A stretch of DNA of 64,000 nucleotides from the NCBI GenBank assembly GCA_025210155.1, contig JAOASE010000002.1, positions 2,853-66,852 of the forward strand. The letters run 5' to 3'. Positions 20,672 to 31,469 of the stretch are shown here, piece after piece. The notes under the pieces are model-generated. The model had not been told where the DNA came from. It did not search any database and was given only the letters and a program-made list of their open reading frames with translations. The first letter of the stretch is position 1. Every line of letters begins with the position of its first letter. The DNA comes from Alphaproteobacteria bacterium. Its GTDB lineage: Bacteria > Pseudomonadota > Alphaproteobacteria > Rs-D84 > CASDRH01. Position numbers and translations under genes: made by a program.

Positions 20672-20867
20672 AAATTTTTCCTCTTTGACTATATTCTTAA
20701 TTATAAGACTTTTTTCCTTAAAAAATAGTATAATTTTCCTGTTTCAATCTTTATTATGTTTTTTCTCAAAATGCAATTGACTTTTTGTATTTTACGAGTA
20801 TATTCTGTTTTTGTTCAAGTGTTGTTCTGCTTTTTGAGAGGGATAATTTATTTGAAAGGGGAGAGAT

Positions 20868-21212
20868 ATGAGTTCAAATAATGATATTTATGAAGTAGAA
20901 AGGATTTTGTTTTGGTTCTATGAATCTCAGAAATTGAGATTGAAAGGGTTTTCAAAAAGAGATTTTAAAAGTCAAAGAGAATACTCTGTTGACGATGTTG
21001 CTATATGTATAAAGAGGTTGTATTTATCCGGTTTATTAACGAAGGATGAGTTGGATACTTTTAGCTTGGTTTGCCATAGAGGGATTATTCCTGATGAGAG
21101 AGATGAGGATGATGTTTTGATCTATACTCATTGGAATTCTTTTTTAGAGGTGGTTTCTCAAGAGTTTTCTAAGAAAGGTTGGTTGGAAAAAAGTGCTTGC
21201 AAAACAGCTTGA
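20868..21212 (+). CDS. hypothetical protein (114 aa)
   Basis: ORF with a GGGGAGAG SD-like sequence upstream. No family recognised. Confidence 0.3.
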   Translation: MSSNNDIYEVERILFWFYESQKLRLKGFSKRDFKSQREYSVDDVAICIKRLYLSGLLTKDELDTFSLVCHRGIIPDERDEDDVLIYTHWNSFLEVVSQEFSKKGWLEKSACKTA

Positions 21213-21262
21213 TACAAAATATAATTTCCCTATTATTTTATTTAAAATTTTAGGGATTTTTT

Positions 21263-22351
21263 ATGATAGAATTTATTGAAAATATTTTTTTAAATCCATT
21301 CACAGTGGAAAATTTAGTTTTTATTTCCTCTATTTTGGGATTTTTATTTTTTATATTGTTTAAAAATGTTATTTCATCAGGTCTTTTGAGATTGCTTCAA
21401 TTATTCTTTTTTAAGAAAGAGAACTTGGCTAAAATAAAACTTAAATTTTTTACTTCAGTTAAAAGTGTTTTATCTTTTTTTGTCTTAGTATTGGCTTTTT
21501 ATATTTTAGGTAAGGGTGTCGAATTTAAGTTGATGGAAAAGGTGTCTTTATCTTCATATTTTTCACTTTTATCTTTATTGTTTAAATTTGGAGCCGTTTG
21601 GTTTGCTTATGTTTTAGTAGATCCTTTGATGGAACAATTAAATTCTTTAAAGAAGAAACTGGGTAAAACTATATTTTCTTGGTTTGTTAAAACAGTTAAG
21701 GTGTTGGTTGCTTTTCTTGGTTTGACTATAGTTCTGAGTTACATGGGAATATCTGTAGTTTCGTTGATTGCTTCTTTAGGTATTGTTGGTATGGCTGTTG
21801 CTTTAGGTGCTCAAGATATGTTTAAGAATATAATATCTGGTTTTATTATTATATCAGAAAAGAGGTTTAAAATTGGAGATATTGTTAAGTTGTCAGATGG
21901 TACTGAAGGGGTTGTTGAAAAGATAGGTTTTAGATCTACTTCTATTAGAGCATTTGATAAGACTATAATTTATGTTTCTAATTCTAATTTTTCAGAAGGT
22001 TCAGTTGTTAATTATTCTTTAAGACCTTATAGAAGAATTTTGTGGAACTTGGGATTGGAGTATGACACATCTTCTAAAGATTTGAAAAAGATTAGAGATG
22101 AGATATCTAAGTATATAGAAAAGAGTGGTAGTTTTGTTAATAATGAAGAATTGGGTTATGAAGTTAGAATAGATAGTTTTCAGGATTCTTCAATTAATAT
22201 ATTGGTTATTTGTTTTGCAAATACTGCTGATTTTTCTCAATGGTTAAAAATTAAAGAAGACTTGTTGTTAGAAATAAAAGAAATAGTAGAAGAAAGAGTT
22301 GGTGCTAGTTTTGCATTCCCATCTCAAACTTTGTATGTAAATAATAAATAG
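21263..22351 (+). CDS. mechanosensitive ion channel, MscS family
   Basis: Four N-terminal TM helices, then the MscS beta-domain motif region ISGFIIISEKRFKIGD. Confidence 0.7.
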   Translation: MIEFIENIFLNPFTVENLVFISSILGFLFFILFKNVISSGLLRLLQLFFFKKENLAKIKLKFFTSVKSVLSFFVLVLAFYILGKGVEFKLMEKVSLSSYFSLLSLLFKFGAVWFAYVLVDPLMEQLNSLKKKLGKTIFSWFVKTVKVLVAFLGLTIVLSYMGISVVSLIASLGIVGMAVALGAQDMFKNIISGFIIISEKRFKIGDIVKLSDGTEGVVEKIGFRSTSIRAFDKTIIYVSNSNFSEGSVVNYSLRPYRRILWNLGLEYDTSSKDLKKIRDEISKYIEKSGSFVNNEELGYEVRIDSFQDSSINILVICFANTADFSQWLKIKEDLLLEIKEIVEERVGASFAFPSQTLYVNNK

Positions 22352-22358
22352 GATTGTT

Positions 22359-23060
22359 ATGAGAAGAAGAGTAAAAAAAATACTTAAGAGTAAGTTTTCA
22401 CATTTTATAATTTTAAGAACATTAAGCGCCTATCTTTCTTTTTGTTATATGACTTCTAGGATAGAAATTAGAGGTGGCGAAGAAGTTAAAAAGTTAGATG
22501 GTAAAAAGCCAATGATATTTTTATTTTGGCATGGTAGATCATTAGCAATGCCAGTTTTTAAAAAGAAACTTTTAAAGCATAAAACTTATGGCTTATTTTC
22601 AGATCATGCGGATGGTCAAGTGATAGCAGATTTATTTACATTGAAGGGAATTAATACTATTGTTGCTTCAACTTTTAGTTCTAAGGGGATTTCAGGGTTG
22701 AAAAAATCTTTATCTGTTTTGAAAAAAAATGAGTCTATTGGAATATCTCCAGATGGTCCAAGAGGCCCTATATTTAATATTTTAACTGATAGTGCCTTCT
22801 TTTTATCTAAAAAAACAGGTGCTAAGATTATTCCTGTAATTGGAAGTTTTTCAAATCCTAAAATTTTTGAAAAGAGTTGGGATAAGTATATGTTTGCAAG
22901 ACCTTTTGGAAAAGTAGTTATTGATGTTAGTAAGGGGATTGTTGTGCCTTCAGAGGCTAGTCAGGAAGATATAGATAAGCTTAGAGATAAAACTGAGAAA
23001 TTTATGGTAAATAAGGTTGCTAAATTAGATAAGGAAGTTTTCGGAAGAAAAGTTATTTAG
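22359..23060 (+). CDS. DUF374 / lysophospholipid-acyltransferase-like protein, commonly found upstream of waaA
   Basis: FWHGRSL...PDGPRGP motifs. The gene order with waaA is conserved in alphaproteobacteria (established knowledge). Confidence 0.55.
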   Translation: MRRRVKKILKSKFSHFIILRTLSAYLSFCYMTSRIEIRGGEEVKKLDGKKPMIFLFWHGRSLAMPVFKKKLLKHKTYGLFSDHADGQVIADLFTLKGINTIVASTFSSKGISGLKKSLSVLKKNESIGISPDGPRGPIFNILTDSAFFLSKKTGAKIIPVIGSFSNPKIFEKSWDKYMFARPFGKVVIDVSKGIVVPSEASQEDIDKLRDKTEKFMVNKVAKLDKEVFGRKVI

Positions 23061-23076
23061 GAAGGAAGTAGATAAG

Positions 23077-24351
23077 ATGAAGTTGTTTTTTTATAGAATA
23101 TTAATGCAGTTATTGGCGCCAGTTATAGTTCTTATATTATTGAAGAGAAAAAGAAAAGGTAAAGAAGATGCTTCTTGGAAAAGATTTAAAGAGAGGTTAG
23201 GTGTTGCTTCTGTTGCTAGGCCTGAGGGTAAACTGGTTTGGTTTTTATGTGCTTCTGTTGGGGAAAGTTTATCAATTCTTCCTGTTATAGAAGATATGAA
23301 AAAAGAAGATCCTTCTTTAAATTTTTTGATTACTACTACGACTGTAAGTTCGGCAGCTATTTTGCAAAAGAAAATGCCTGAATATTGTATTCATCAATAT
23401 GTTCCTGTTGATGTTCCTTCTTTTGTTAAAAAGTTTATGAAGTATTGGGCTCCAGATATTTTGTTTAATGTTGATTCTGAAATTTGGCCTAATCTTGTTT
23501 TGAGGGCTAATAGAACTGGTATTAGAATGGGAATACTGAATGCTAGAATGCAGGATAAATCTTTTGCTACTTGGAAGAAGAATATGAAATCTGCAAATAG
23601 AATATTTTCATCTTATGATTTTGCAATTGCTTGTGACGATGATAGTGCTGAGAAGTTTAAATATTTAGGAATTAGAGATGTGAGATCTTATGGAAATATA
23701 AAGAGTGGGTATGCTCCTAAATCTCCTAATAAAGAAGACATTGATGAGTTTAAAAAATTAATAGGTAATAGAAAGTTTTTTACAGTTTCATCTACTCATC
23801 CATCTGTTGAGGAAGAAAAAGAAGTGTTTAGAGCTTTTGAAAAAGTTCTAGAAAAACATAAGGATGCTTTAATGATTTTAGCTCCTAGACATATTAATCT
23901 TGCTTCTAATGTTGAAAAATGGGCAGAGAAAGATTTTGGATTTAAAGTTGCAGTTAGAAGTAAAGGAGAAAAATTAACTAAGGATGTTAATGTGTATTTG
24001 GCAGATACTATGGGTGAACTTAATTTGTGGTATAAGTTAGCCGATTTAGCATTTATTGGAGGTTCTATGCATAAGACTTTAGGAGGTCATAATCCTATGG
24101 AGCCAGCTTATTTAGATTGTATAGTTTGTGCGGGTAGAAATGTTAAAACATTTAAAGAGAGTTATGATGAGATGGAAGCTGCTGGATTTTTTAAGTATGT
24201 TGATAGTTCAGATCAATTGGCAGATTTCATTTTAAAATGTTTTGATGACGAAAAGTTTTTGAATGAGACTAAAAATAAAGTTTCTAAGTTTATGAGAGAA
24301 AAATCTAAAATTAGAACTTTTGTTATAGAAGATGTTATGAAATTTATTTAA
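23077..24351 (+). CDS. waaA: 3-deoxy-D-manno-octulosonic acid (Kdo) transferase
   Basis: 424 aa with the N-terminal anchor, WFHCASVGE-like motif (WFLCASVGE) and a C-terminal GT-B domain. Confidence 0.8.
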   Translation: MKLFFYRILMQLLAPVIVLILLKRKRKGKEDASWKRFKERLGVASVARPEGKLVWFLCASVGESLSILPVIEDMKKEDPSLNFLITTTTVSSAAILQKKMPEYCIHQYVPVDVPSFVKKFMKYWAPDILFNVDSEIWPNLVLRANRTGIRMGILNARMQDKSFATWKKNMKSANRIFSSYDFAIACDDDSAEKFKYLGIRDVRSYGNIKSGYAPKSPNKEDIDEFKKLIGNRKFFTVSSTHPSVEEEKEVFRAFEKVLEKHKDALMILAPRHINLASNVEKWAEKDFGFKVAVRSKGEKLTKDVNVYLADTMGELNLWYKLADLAFIGGSMHKTLGGHNPMEPAYLDCIVCAGRNVKTFKESYDEMEAAGFFKYVDSSDQLADFILKCFDDEKFLNETKNKVSKFMREKSKIRTFVIEDVMKFI

Positions 24352-24367
24352 TAGGTGGATTTGATTT

Positions 24368-25354
24368 ATGGATTTTTGGTATAGAAAAAAAGGTTTGTTA
24401 TCGATATTAATGTTGCCATTAGCTTTGCTATTTTGGTTAATTTCAATGTTGAAAAAAGTTAGTTATTTAGGTCGCAGTTACAGATCTTCTTTACCAGTTA
24501 TTTGTGTTGGAAATATAGTTGTTGGTGGAAGTGGTAAAACACCGGTTGTTATAAAAATTGTTGAAATGTTGCAAGCTCAAGGTTTAAAAGTTGCTGTTGT
24601 ATCTAGGGGGTATAAATCATCATTATCATCTTCAAAAGGAGTTGTTATTGTCGATGATGAGTATAGTGCAGATGAAGTCGGTGATGAACCTCTTATGATC
24701 TATAAAAAGACGGGTGCTTCAGTTTATGTTTCACCAGATAGATCTAAGTCTGCTAAGGTAGCAGAAAATCATAATTGTGATGTTATTGTTATGGATGATG
24801 GAATGCAAAATTATACCTTGAAAAAGGATATAATTATATCTGTTTTTAATGGAAAAAATGGTGTGGGAAATGGCTTCTTGATGCCGGCAGGATGTCTTAG
24901 AGAAAGCTTGTTTTCAGGAGTCGTTAAATCTGACATGGCTATTTTTATGGGAGACGATTCGACGGGTATTTCTAGTAAGTTTAAGTCTTTTGTTACAGGG
25001 AAGTTGGCTGCAGATAAGGTTTCTGTTAAAGAATTGAAGAAGGTTAAAAACTATATTGCTTTTGCTGGAATTGGTAAGCCAGAGAAATTTTTTAAATCTT
25101 TAAATGATATTGGTTTAAATGTTTTGTATCAAATGGAATTTGAAGATCATTATTCTTACAGTGATGAGGATATAAAAAGGTTGTTAAATTTTGCAAAACA
25201 AGAAGAAGCAACTTTAGTTACTACTGAAAAAGATTTTGTTAAGATTTCTAAGAAGTTTAAAAAGGAAATTTTAGTGTTACCAGTGGCAGTTGAATTTTCT
25301 AAAAACGATTTAAAAAAGCTTGAAAAACTTTTGCATTCTGTTATAGTAAAATAA
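24368..25354 (+). CDS. lpxK: tetraacyldisaccharide 4'-kinase
   Basis: P-loop VGNIVVGGSGKTPVV; 328 aa. Confidence 0.8.
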   Translation: MDFWYRKKGLLSILMLPLALLFWLISMLKKVSYLGRSYRSSLPVICVGNIVVGGSGKTPVVIKIVEMLQAQGLKVAVVSRGYKSSLSSSKGVVIVDDEYSADEVGDEPLMIYKKTGASVYVSPDRSKSAKVAENHNCDVIVMDDGMQNYTLKKDIIISVFNGKNGVGNGFLMPAGCLRESLFSGVVKSDMAIFMGDDSTGISSKFKSFVTGKLAADKVSVKELKKVKNYIAFAGIGKPEKFFKSLNDIGLNVLYQMEFEDHYSYSDEDIKRLLNFAKQEEATLVTTEKDFVKISKKFKKEILVLPVAVEFSKNDLKKLEKLLHSVIVK

Positions 25355-25386
25355 CATTTTATTATTAACGAATTAGGAGTTGTTTT

Positions 25387-26643
25387 ATGTTTGAATGGTT
25401 TTGGAATGCGGTTAGTTTTGATATTTTACCAACATTCCCTATGGTTCTAACTTGTAAAGGTTTTATTGGAACTGTTCTTTTATGTTTTATACCATCTTAT
25501 ATTGTTTATGCTAAACAAGGTATTTCTAGAAAACAAATATATGCTATGTCTACGATAGTATTTATTTTAACTTATTCAGTATTTTTTGTTAGTTTATCTA
25601 ATTTCTTTTTTGATAGGGCTAAAATGACAGTGTTGGTTAAAACACTTTTAGCTATGTTATATGTGTGGAGTGTCTTGGATCCAACAAGTGTTGTTAGAAA
25701 AGGTATTAAGGCAAGAGATTTTGCAGCATCTAATTTTTTTGAAAGATGGGTGGGTAATCCTTTGGGTTCATTTTTCTTTCACTTGTTTTATGGTTTCTTT
25801 AAAATTTTACCATTGCCAGTTGCTTCTGCTATAGGTGGTGTTTTGGGTAGGTTTATAGGATTGTTTATGTCTGGTAAAAACAAAATTGTTGATAGTGGAT
25901 TGAAAATAGCTTTTCCTAGAAAGTCAGAAGAGAAGAAAAGAAAAATTAAGTTTGGTATGTGGGATATGATGGGACGTTATATTACGGAAGCTCCTCATAT
26001 TGGAACTTATTATAAAAATCTTGGTGACTATGTAGAAGTTGAAGGTGAGGAAATTTTAAAAAAGTTTAAAGATAAAAATCAAAATTTTATTACTTTTATT
26101 TCTCATTCAGGATCTATGGGAATAATAAATACTATATTTAAAAAGTATGATTTGTTTATGAATATTGTATATAGATCTCCCAATAATTTCTTGGTTGATA
26201 ATATTACTAAAAAGACTTTTGGTTATACATTGGGTAATGTTAATTTATTACCTAAGGGAAAACAATCTTCAAGAGATATGTTAAGGGTCTTGCAAAAGAA
26301 TGGTAATGTTAGTATTACTCCTGATCAAAGATATGATAGAGGTTTGGATTTAAAATTCTTTGGTGTTAAAGCTCCAACGGCACCTGGTGTTGCTAAATTG
26401 GCTAGACATTATGATTGTCCAATAATTCCTGTTCAATTAATAAGAACTAAAGGTTTTAGACATAAGATTGTTATACATGAACCATTTAAAGTTGATAAGA
26501 CTCAAAATGTTGAGGCTGATATGAAAAAAGGTATGCAAAAAGTTAATGATCACATTGAAGCTTGGATTAAAGAAAATCCTGAGCAATGGTTTTGGGTTCA
26601 TAGAAGGTGGTCTAAAAATCAAGAAAAAAAAAGTTCTAAATAA
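25387..26643 (+). CDS. lpxL: lipid A biosynthesis lauroyl/myristoyl acyltransferase (LpxL/HtrB family), with an N-terminal membrane extension of about 110 aa
   Basis: The C-terminus carries EQWFWVHRRW. The acyltransferase region starts near aa 115. The N-terminal extension has three or four TM segments. Confidence 0.65.
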   Translation: MFEWFWNAVSFDILPTFPMVLTCKGFIGTVLLCFIPSYIVYAKQGISRKQIYAMSTIVFILTYSVFFVSLSNFFFDRAKMTVLVKTLLAMLYVWSVLDPTSVVRKGIKARDFAASNFFERWVGNPLGSFFFHLFYGFFKILPLPVASAIGGVLGRFIGLFMSGKNKIVDSGLKIAFPRKSEEKKRKIKFGMWDMMGRYITEAPHIGTYYKNLGDYVEVEGEEILKKFKDKNQNFITFISHSGSMGIINTIFKKYDLFMNIVYRSPNNFLVDNITKKTFGYTLGNVNLLPKGKQSSRDMLRVLQKNGNVSITPDQRYDRGLDLKFFGVKAPTAPGVAKLARHYDCPIIPVQLIRTKGFRHKIVIHEPFKVDKTQNVEADMKKGMQKVNDHIEAWIKENPEQWFWVHRRWSKNQEKKSSK

Positions 26644-26649
26644 TATAAA

Positions 26650-26790
26650 GGATTTGGGAATTTTAAATCCCTATTCACGAGAAATGATTATCTCATTTAC
26701 TATTTGTAAACTTTGAAATCATTTTCGTAAATATTAAAATTAAAATAACCAAATCTTCAAGAGTGTAATTTTTGAACTTGAAATTAAATT
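26650..26790 (+). repeat. dispersed palindromic intergenic repeat
   Basis: GGGAATTTTAAATCCC palindrome and the gaaatcattttc module, shared with the 14863 copy. Confidence 0.5.
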
Positions 26791-26841
26791 TGATTATTTT
26801 GAGAATGTGCTATTGTTAAATAATTTATTGGAGGAAAATTT

Positions 26842-27759
26842 ATGATTAAAAATTCTGGAAAATTTGGAAGACAACAAACTTTAAAAAAGGAAGTTGTTGT
26901 TAAAGGTATTGGAACTCATACAGGTGAAGAAGTTAGTGTTTCTTTGAAGCCAGCAGGAGTTGATTTTGGTATACAATTTTCTAAGAATGGATCTGATTCT
27001 GTTAAGGCAGCCGCTGATAATATTTTTGCTTTTATGGGTTGTACTGTAGTTGGTACTCAAGAAGATAATATAAAAACTATAGAGCATTTAATGGCTACTT
27101 TTAATGCTATGAAAATAGATAATTGTTTAGTTGAAGTTTCTGCAGGAGAAATTCCTATTTTTGATGGTTCTGCTAAGACTTGGGTTGATGCTATTTTAGA
27201 AGCTGGTGTAGAAGTTCAAGATAAGCCTCGTAAGGTTTTAAGAGTTTTAAAGAGAGTTGAAGTTGTCGATGAAAAAACAGGTAGTAAGGTTTCTTTAGAA
27301 CCAGTAAGTGATAACGTTGAAGATTTAGAATTAGATGTTATTGTTGATTTTACTTTTAGTGGGGAACAGGGGGCAGAACATATTTTAATGGAAGAAAGTT
27401 TTGTTAAAGAAGTTGCTTTTGCCAGAACATTTATTGAGAGAAAAACTTATGAGCAATTAAAATCGGCAGGCCTTGTTGTTGGGGCTGTGAAAGCTGTCGA
27501 TGCTTTCTTTGATGGAAAGGCTGAAACTATTTCTGTTGGAGTTGGTATAGAAGAAGGCGGTGAAATTTTAAATCCAGAAGGCCTTAGGGATGAAAAAGAA
27601 TTTGCTAGACATAAGATGTTAGATTCTATAGGAGATCTTTATTCTTTAGGATATCAAATTATTGGTAAGTATGTTGGATATAAGCCAGGTCATACTTTAA
27701 ATAATTTGTTGTGTAAGAAGTTGATGGAAGATAGTAGTAATTTTGAGATAATAGAATAA
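26842..27759 (+). CDS. lpxC: UDP-3-O-acyl-N-acetylglucosamine deacetylase
   Basis: 305 aa. N-terminal RQQTLKKEVVVKGIGTHTGEEV is LpxC-like, and HTLNN is present near the C-terminus. Confidence 0.85.
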   Translation: MIKNSGKFGRQQTLKKEVVVKGIGTHTGEEVSVSLKPAGVDFGIQFSKNGSDSVKAAADNIFAFMGCTVVGTQEDNIKTIEHLMATFNAMKIDNCLVEVSAGEIPIFDGSAKTWVDAILEAGVEVQDKPRKVLRVLKRVEVVDEKTGSKVSLEPVSDNVEDLELDVIVDFTFSGEQGAEHILMEESFVKEVAFARTFIERKTYEQLKSAGLVVGAVKAVDAFFDGKAETISVGVGIEEGGEILNPEGLRDEKEFARHKMLDSIGDLYSLGYQIIGKYVGYKPGHTLNNLLCKKLMEDSSNFEIIE

Positions 27760-27767
27760 ATTTTTTA

Positions 27768-27895
27768 AATCTTTTGCACGGGCTAATCGTAAAGAAATAA
27801 TTTTTATTTAAAGCGATTGAGTATTAGATATATACGATACTTTATCTAAAAATCATTTTTACATCTATCCGCACAAAATCTTTGAAAATAATATT
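27768..27895 (+). repeat. dispersed intergenic repeat (GCGATTGAGTATTA... module)
   Basis: Closely similar copies at 32608-32725 and 60170-60240; a partial copy at 48770-48812. Confidence 0.55.
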
Positions 27896-28232
27896 GGGTG
27901 GGAAATAATTTGTTATCGGTATAATTTTTATTTGATTATTTTAAATTCATTTATTATAATTGTTTTATCGTAACGTTGATCTGCTAACAACAGGGAGTTG
28001 AAAGAAGAACAGTAGAAATACTTATTAGAACTTTCCGGGTAAGCCCGTTATAGCTACGATTGATAAGGTCGTTTCAAATTAAGTCAAATTTAAGGGTGGC
28101 ACCGCGTTTATCGCCCCTTATTCAAAAAATATAATTAAATTTTGTTTTGTGATTTTAGAGATCGCCATTTTTGAGTCTTTAATTTTATGAAGCAATTAAT
28201 ATTGTTTTGAAGACAAAAAGGAAAAGTAAAAA

Positions 28233-30023
28233 ATGACAATAATTAAAAATAAATATAGAACGCATTCTTGTGCTGAATTGAATGAACAAGCAGTTGGTGA
28301 AACTGTAACTTTATCTGGTTGGATTCATAAAATGAGAGACCATGGTGGATTGATTTTCGTTGATTTAAGAGATTATTATGGAATTACTCAGGTGGTTTTT
28401 GATGCTTCTGTTTCTGATGATCTTAAGAAGATTGAAGAGAATAGAGTTGAAAGTGTTATCACTATTGAAGGTGAAGTTGTTGCTAGAACTGAAGAAACAA
28501 TTAACCCTGATTTATCTACTGGTAAAATCGAAGTTGCTGCTAAGTCGTTTAAAGTTTTAAGTAATGCAGATGTGTTACCTATACTTGTTGCTTCAGATGA
28601 AAAGTTTGGTGAAGATTTAAGACTTAAATATAGATATATAGATTTGAGAAGAGAGAAGTTGAAGAAGAATATTCAAATGAGAATGGATGTTTTTAAAGAA
28701 ATTAGAAGTATTATGAATGGAAAAGGATTTAATGAAATTCAAACACCTGTTTTGACTGCGTCGTCTCCAGAAGGTGCAAGAGATTTCTTAGTTCCATCTC
28801 GTGTTCATCATGGCAAATTTTATGCATTACCACAATCTCCTCAAATTTTTAAAGAGCTTTCTATGGTTGCTGGTTTTGATAGATATTTCCAATTAGCTCC
28901 ATGTTTTAGAGATGAGGATTTAAGATCAGATAGATTGTTAGAATTTTATCAATTGGATATGGAAATGTCTTTTGTAGAAAGAGAAGATGTTATGGAAACT
29001 ATGCAAGATAATATGATGAAAGTTTTCAATAAATTTAAAGGTGATAAAATTATAGATGAGAATATTCCTCATATTACTTATCAAGAAGCTATGGAAACTT
29101 ATGGTATTGATAGACCTGATTTGAGAAATCCTCTTGTTATTAAAGAAGTTGGTGAAGTTTTTGCAGGTTCAGATTTTGGTTTGTTTGCAAGCTTAGTAGC
29201 TAAGGGAAATAGTGTTAAAGCTGTTAGAACTCCTGGTACTGCTGGTCAACCTAGATCTTGGTATGATAAGTTAAATGATTGGGCTAGAAGTGAAGGTGCT
29301 GGTGGTCTTGGTTATATTGTGTTTAACGAAGATGGCACAACTAAAGGACCTATAGCTAAGAATTTAGATGAAGCTAGAATTAATCAAATTAGAGAAATTT
29401 GTGGTGTTGAAAATGGCGATTCTGTTTTCTTCTGTTGTGATAAATTAGAAGAAGCTCAAAAGTTTGCTGGAAAGGTTAGAACTAAATTGGGTACAGACTT
29501 AGAGCTTATTAATAAAAATGAATTTAAGTTCTGTTGGGTAATTGATTTTCCTTTCTTTGAAAAACATGAAGAGACTGGTGAATTAGCAATGGGTCATAAT
29601 CCATTCTCTCAACCTAGAGGTGGAATGGAAGCTTTAAATAATGCTGAAAATCCATTCGACATTTTATCAGAACAATATGACTTCATTTGTAACGGTTATG
29701 AACTTGGTGGTGGATCTATAAGACATGAAACTTTAGATACTTTAGTTAAATGTTTTGATATGGTTGGCTATGGTGAAGAAGTAGTTAAAGAAAAGTTTGG
29801 TTCTATGTATGATGCTTATCATTACGGTGTTCCTCCTCATGGTGGAATTGCGATGGGTATGGAAAGAATTATTATGTTGCTTTGTGATGAGCCTAATCTT
29901 CGTGAGGTAGTTCCTTTCCCTGCTAATGGTAAAGGACAAGATACTATGATGGGTTCTCCTTCTGAAGTTTCTGAACAACAGTTGAGAGAGGCTCATATTA
30001 AGGTTAGACCAACTATAAAGTAA
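28233..30023 (+). CDS. aspS: aspartyl-tRNA synthetase
   Basis: 596 aa with the class II motifs FRDEDLR, GGGSIR and GLGMERI-like (GIAMGMERI). Confidence 0.9.
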   Translation: MTIIKNKYRTHSCAELNEQAVGETVTLSGWIHKMRDHGGLIFVDLRDYYGITQVVFDASVSDDLKKIEENRVESVITIEGEVVARTEETINPDLSTGKIEVAAKSFKVLSNADVLPILVASDEKFGEDLRLKYRYIDLRREKLKKNIQMRMDVFKEIRSIMNGKGFNEIQTPVLTASSPEGARDFLVPSRVHHGKFYALPQSPQIFKELSMVAGFDRYFQLAPCFRDEDLRSDRLLEFYQLDMEMSFVEREDVMETMQDNMMKVFNKFKGDKIIDENIPHITYQEAMETYGIDRPDLRNPLVIKEVGEVFAGSDFGLFASLVAKGNSVKAVRTPGTAGQPRSWYDKLNDWARSEGAGGLGYIVFNEDGTTKGPIAKNLDEARINQIREICGVENGDSVFFCCDKLEEAQKFAGKVRTKLGTDLELINKNEFKFCWVIDFPFFEKHEETGELAMGHNPFSQPRGGMEALNNAENPFDILSEQYDFICNGYELGGGSIRHETLDTLVKCFDMVGYGEEVVKEKFGSMYDAYHYGVPPHGGIAMGMERIIMLLCDEPNLREVVPFPANGKGQDTMMGSPSEVSEQQLREAHIKVRPTIK

Positions 30024-30039
30024 TCCTTTTTAAAATTCG

Positions 30040-30160
30040 GGGATTTTGAATATTTATTCCTGAAAATTGCTTCCTCAAGTACTACTTGTACTATACGGAA
30101 ACAATTTCAGAAATACTTAAGTCAAAAGTAACCAAATCTCTGGAGGTTTAGTTTAAGAAA
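30040..30160 (+). repeat. dispersed intergenic repeat (CGGGGATTTTGA... copy), followed by a terminator
   Basis: Family resemblance to the other copies. AAGCAGTT ttaat AACTGCTT followed by T6 at about 30163-30186. Confidence 0.45.
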
Positions 30161-30197
30161 AGCAGTTTTAATAACTGCTTTTTTCTTGTGAAAAAGT

Positions 30198-31469
30198 TTG
30201 TTATTTGATAGAATGTTTTATGCAGAAAGGAGATATTTAGATATGCATTTTCCACATCATTATTCATTAAATTTAGAAGATAAAGAAATTAGATCTTTTT
30301 GTTTTTTAGGTTTCTTTTTTTCTATAGCTATTACAGCTTTTAATTTGATATTGCCTTTGATATTAAATGATCTTTTAGGTGGTAACAAGGTGTTGGTTGG
30401 TTATTATTTATCAGGCTTCGCATTTGTAGAAATATTCTCTAGTCTTTTAGTTTCTTATGTCTTTATGAAGTACTCAAAGGTATCTGTTTTAATACATTCT
30501 TTGATGTGGTGTATAGCCGCAATTTTGGGGATGGGAGTTGTTAGCTCTATTTATCCTTTTGCGATTTTGGATATTTTGAGATCAGTTTTGTTTATTGTTA
30601 TTTTGACGGCATTTATTTTGTTGATTTCTGACTTTTCTACTAAGGAGAAATTGGCTAAAAATATGAGTGTTAGGACTGTATTAAATAATGCTGGTGGTGT
30701 TTTAGGTAGTTTTTTAATAGGTGGAATTGTTGCTTATTATGGTAATGGAAGTATGTTTTCTTTTGTTGCTTTGATATTGCTTTTATTGTTGTTTTATTTA
30801 AGCCATATGAAGTTGGTTCAAAAGAATAAAACGTTGCATCATAATAAAGATAAATTCTCTATGAAAGATATATTAAAAACTTTTGGAGATCTTAAAAGAA
30901 GGGAAGATATAAGACAGATATTTTTATTATATTTTCATTTTGGTTTGTGGATATCTTTCTATTCTGGTTTTAAATCTTTAATGATTGTTGATTTAGGTTA
31001 TGATGTGGAAAGATTGGGAATTATTGCAGCTCTTACTTCAATTTCAGCAGGGTTTTCTTCAGTTTACTCTTCAAGAATGCACAAGTTTTTAGATATAAAA
31101 AATAAGAGTATTTTTACTTCATTTATTTTATCTAGTTTGTCTATATTGATGTTCTTTTTGTATGAGCTTGGGTTGATGGGATATGCATTACCTTTTGTTA
31201 TTATACTTATTTCATCCTATTTCTTTTTACAGTTTGTAGCTTCTGCTAGACTAATATTCTTTTCGTTTGTATTGAATGTTAAGGATAGGGCTAAGTATTC
31301 TTCGTTTGCTATAATTGTATTTAGTATTGCTAAGTTGATAACGCCTTTCTTAGTTTCTATAGGGCTTAAGATGGGATTTGGAATGCATCATTTCTTTTTA
31401 GTTATGCCATTTGTTTCATTCTTGATGAACTATATTTTTTATAGACGACCTGAGTTAGAGGGGAAATAA
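30198..31469 (+). CDS. MFS transporter
   Basis: 423 aa with about 12 TM helices. Confidence 0.55.
   Translation: MLFDRMFYAERRYLDMHFPHHYSLNLEDKEIRSFCFLGFFFSIAITAFNLILPLILNDLLGGNKVLVGYYLSGFAFVEIFSSLLVSYVFMKYSKVSVLIHSLMWCIAAILGMGVVSSIYPFAILDILRSVLFIVILTAFILLISDFSTKEKLAKNMSVRTVLNNAGGVLGSFLIGGIVAYYGNGSMFSFVALILLLLLFYLSHMKLVQKNKTLHHNKDKFSMKDILKTFGDLKRREDIRQIFLLYFHFGLWISFYSGFKSLMIVDLGYDVERLGIIAALTSISAGFSSVYSSRMHKFLDIKNKSIFTSFILSSLSILMFFLYELGLMGYALPFVIILISSYFFLQFVASARLIFFSFVLNVKDRAKYSSFAIIVFSIAKLITPFLVSIGLKMGFGMHHFFLVMPFVSFLMNYIFYRRPELEGK

Noticed and set aside
28378-28560. 60-aa Leu/Lys-rich ORF inside aspS
   Set aside because: Out-of-frame overlap with a well-supported housekeeping gene. It is a compositional artefact.
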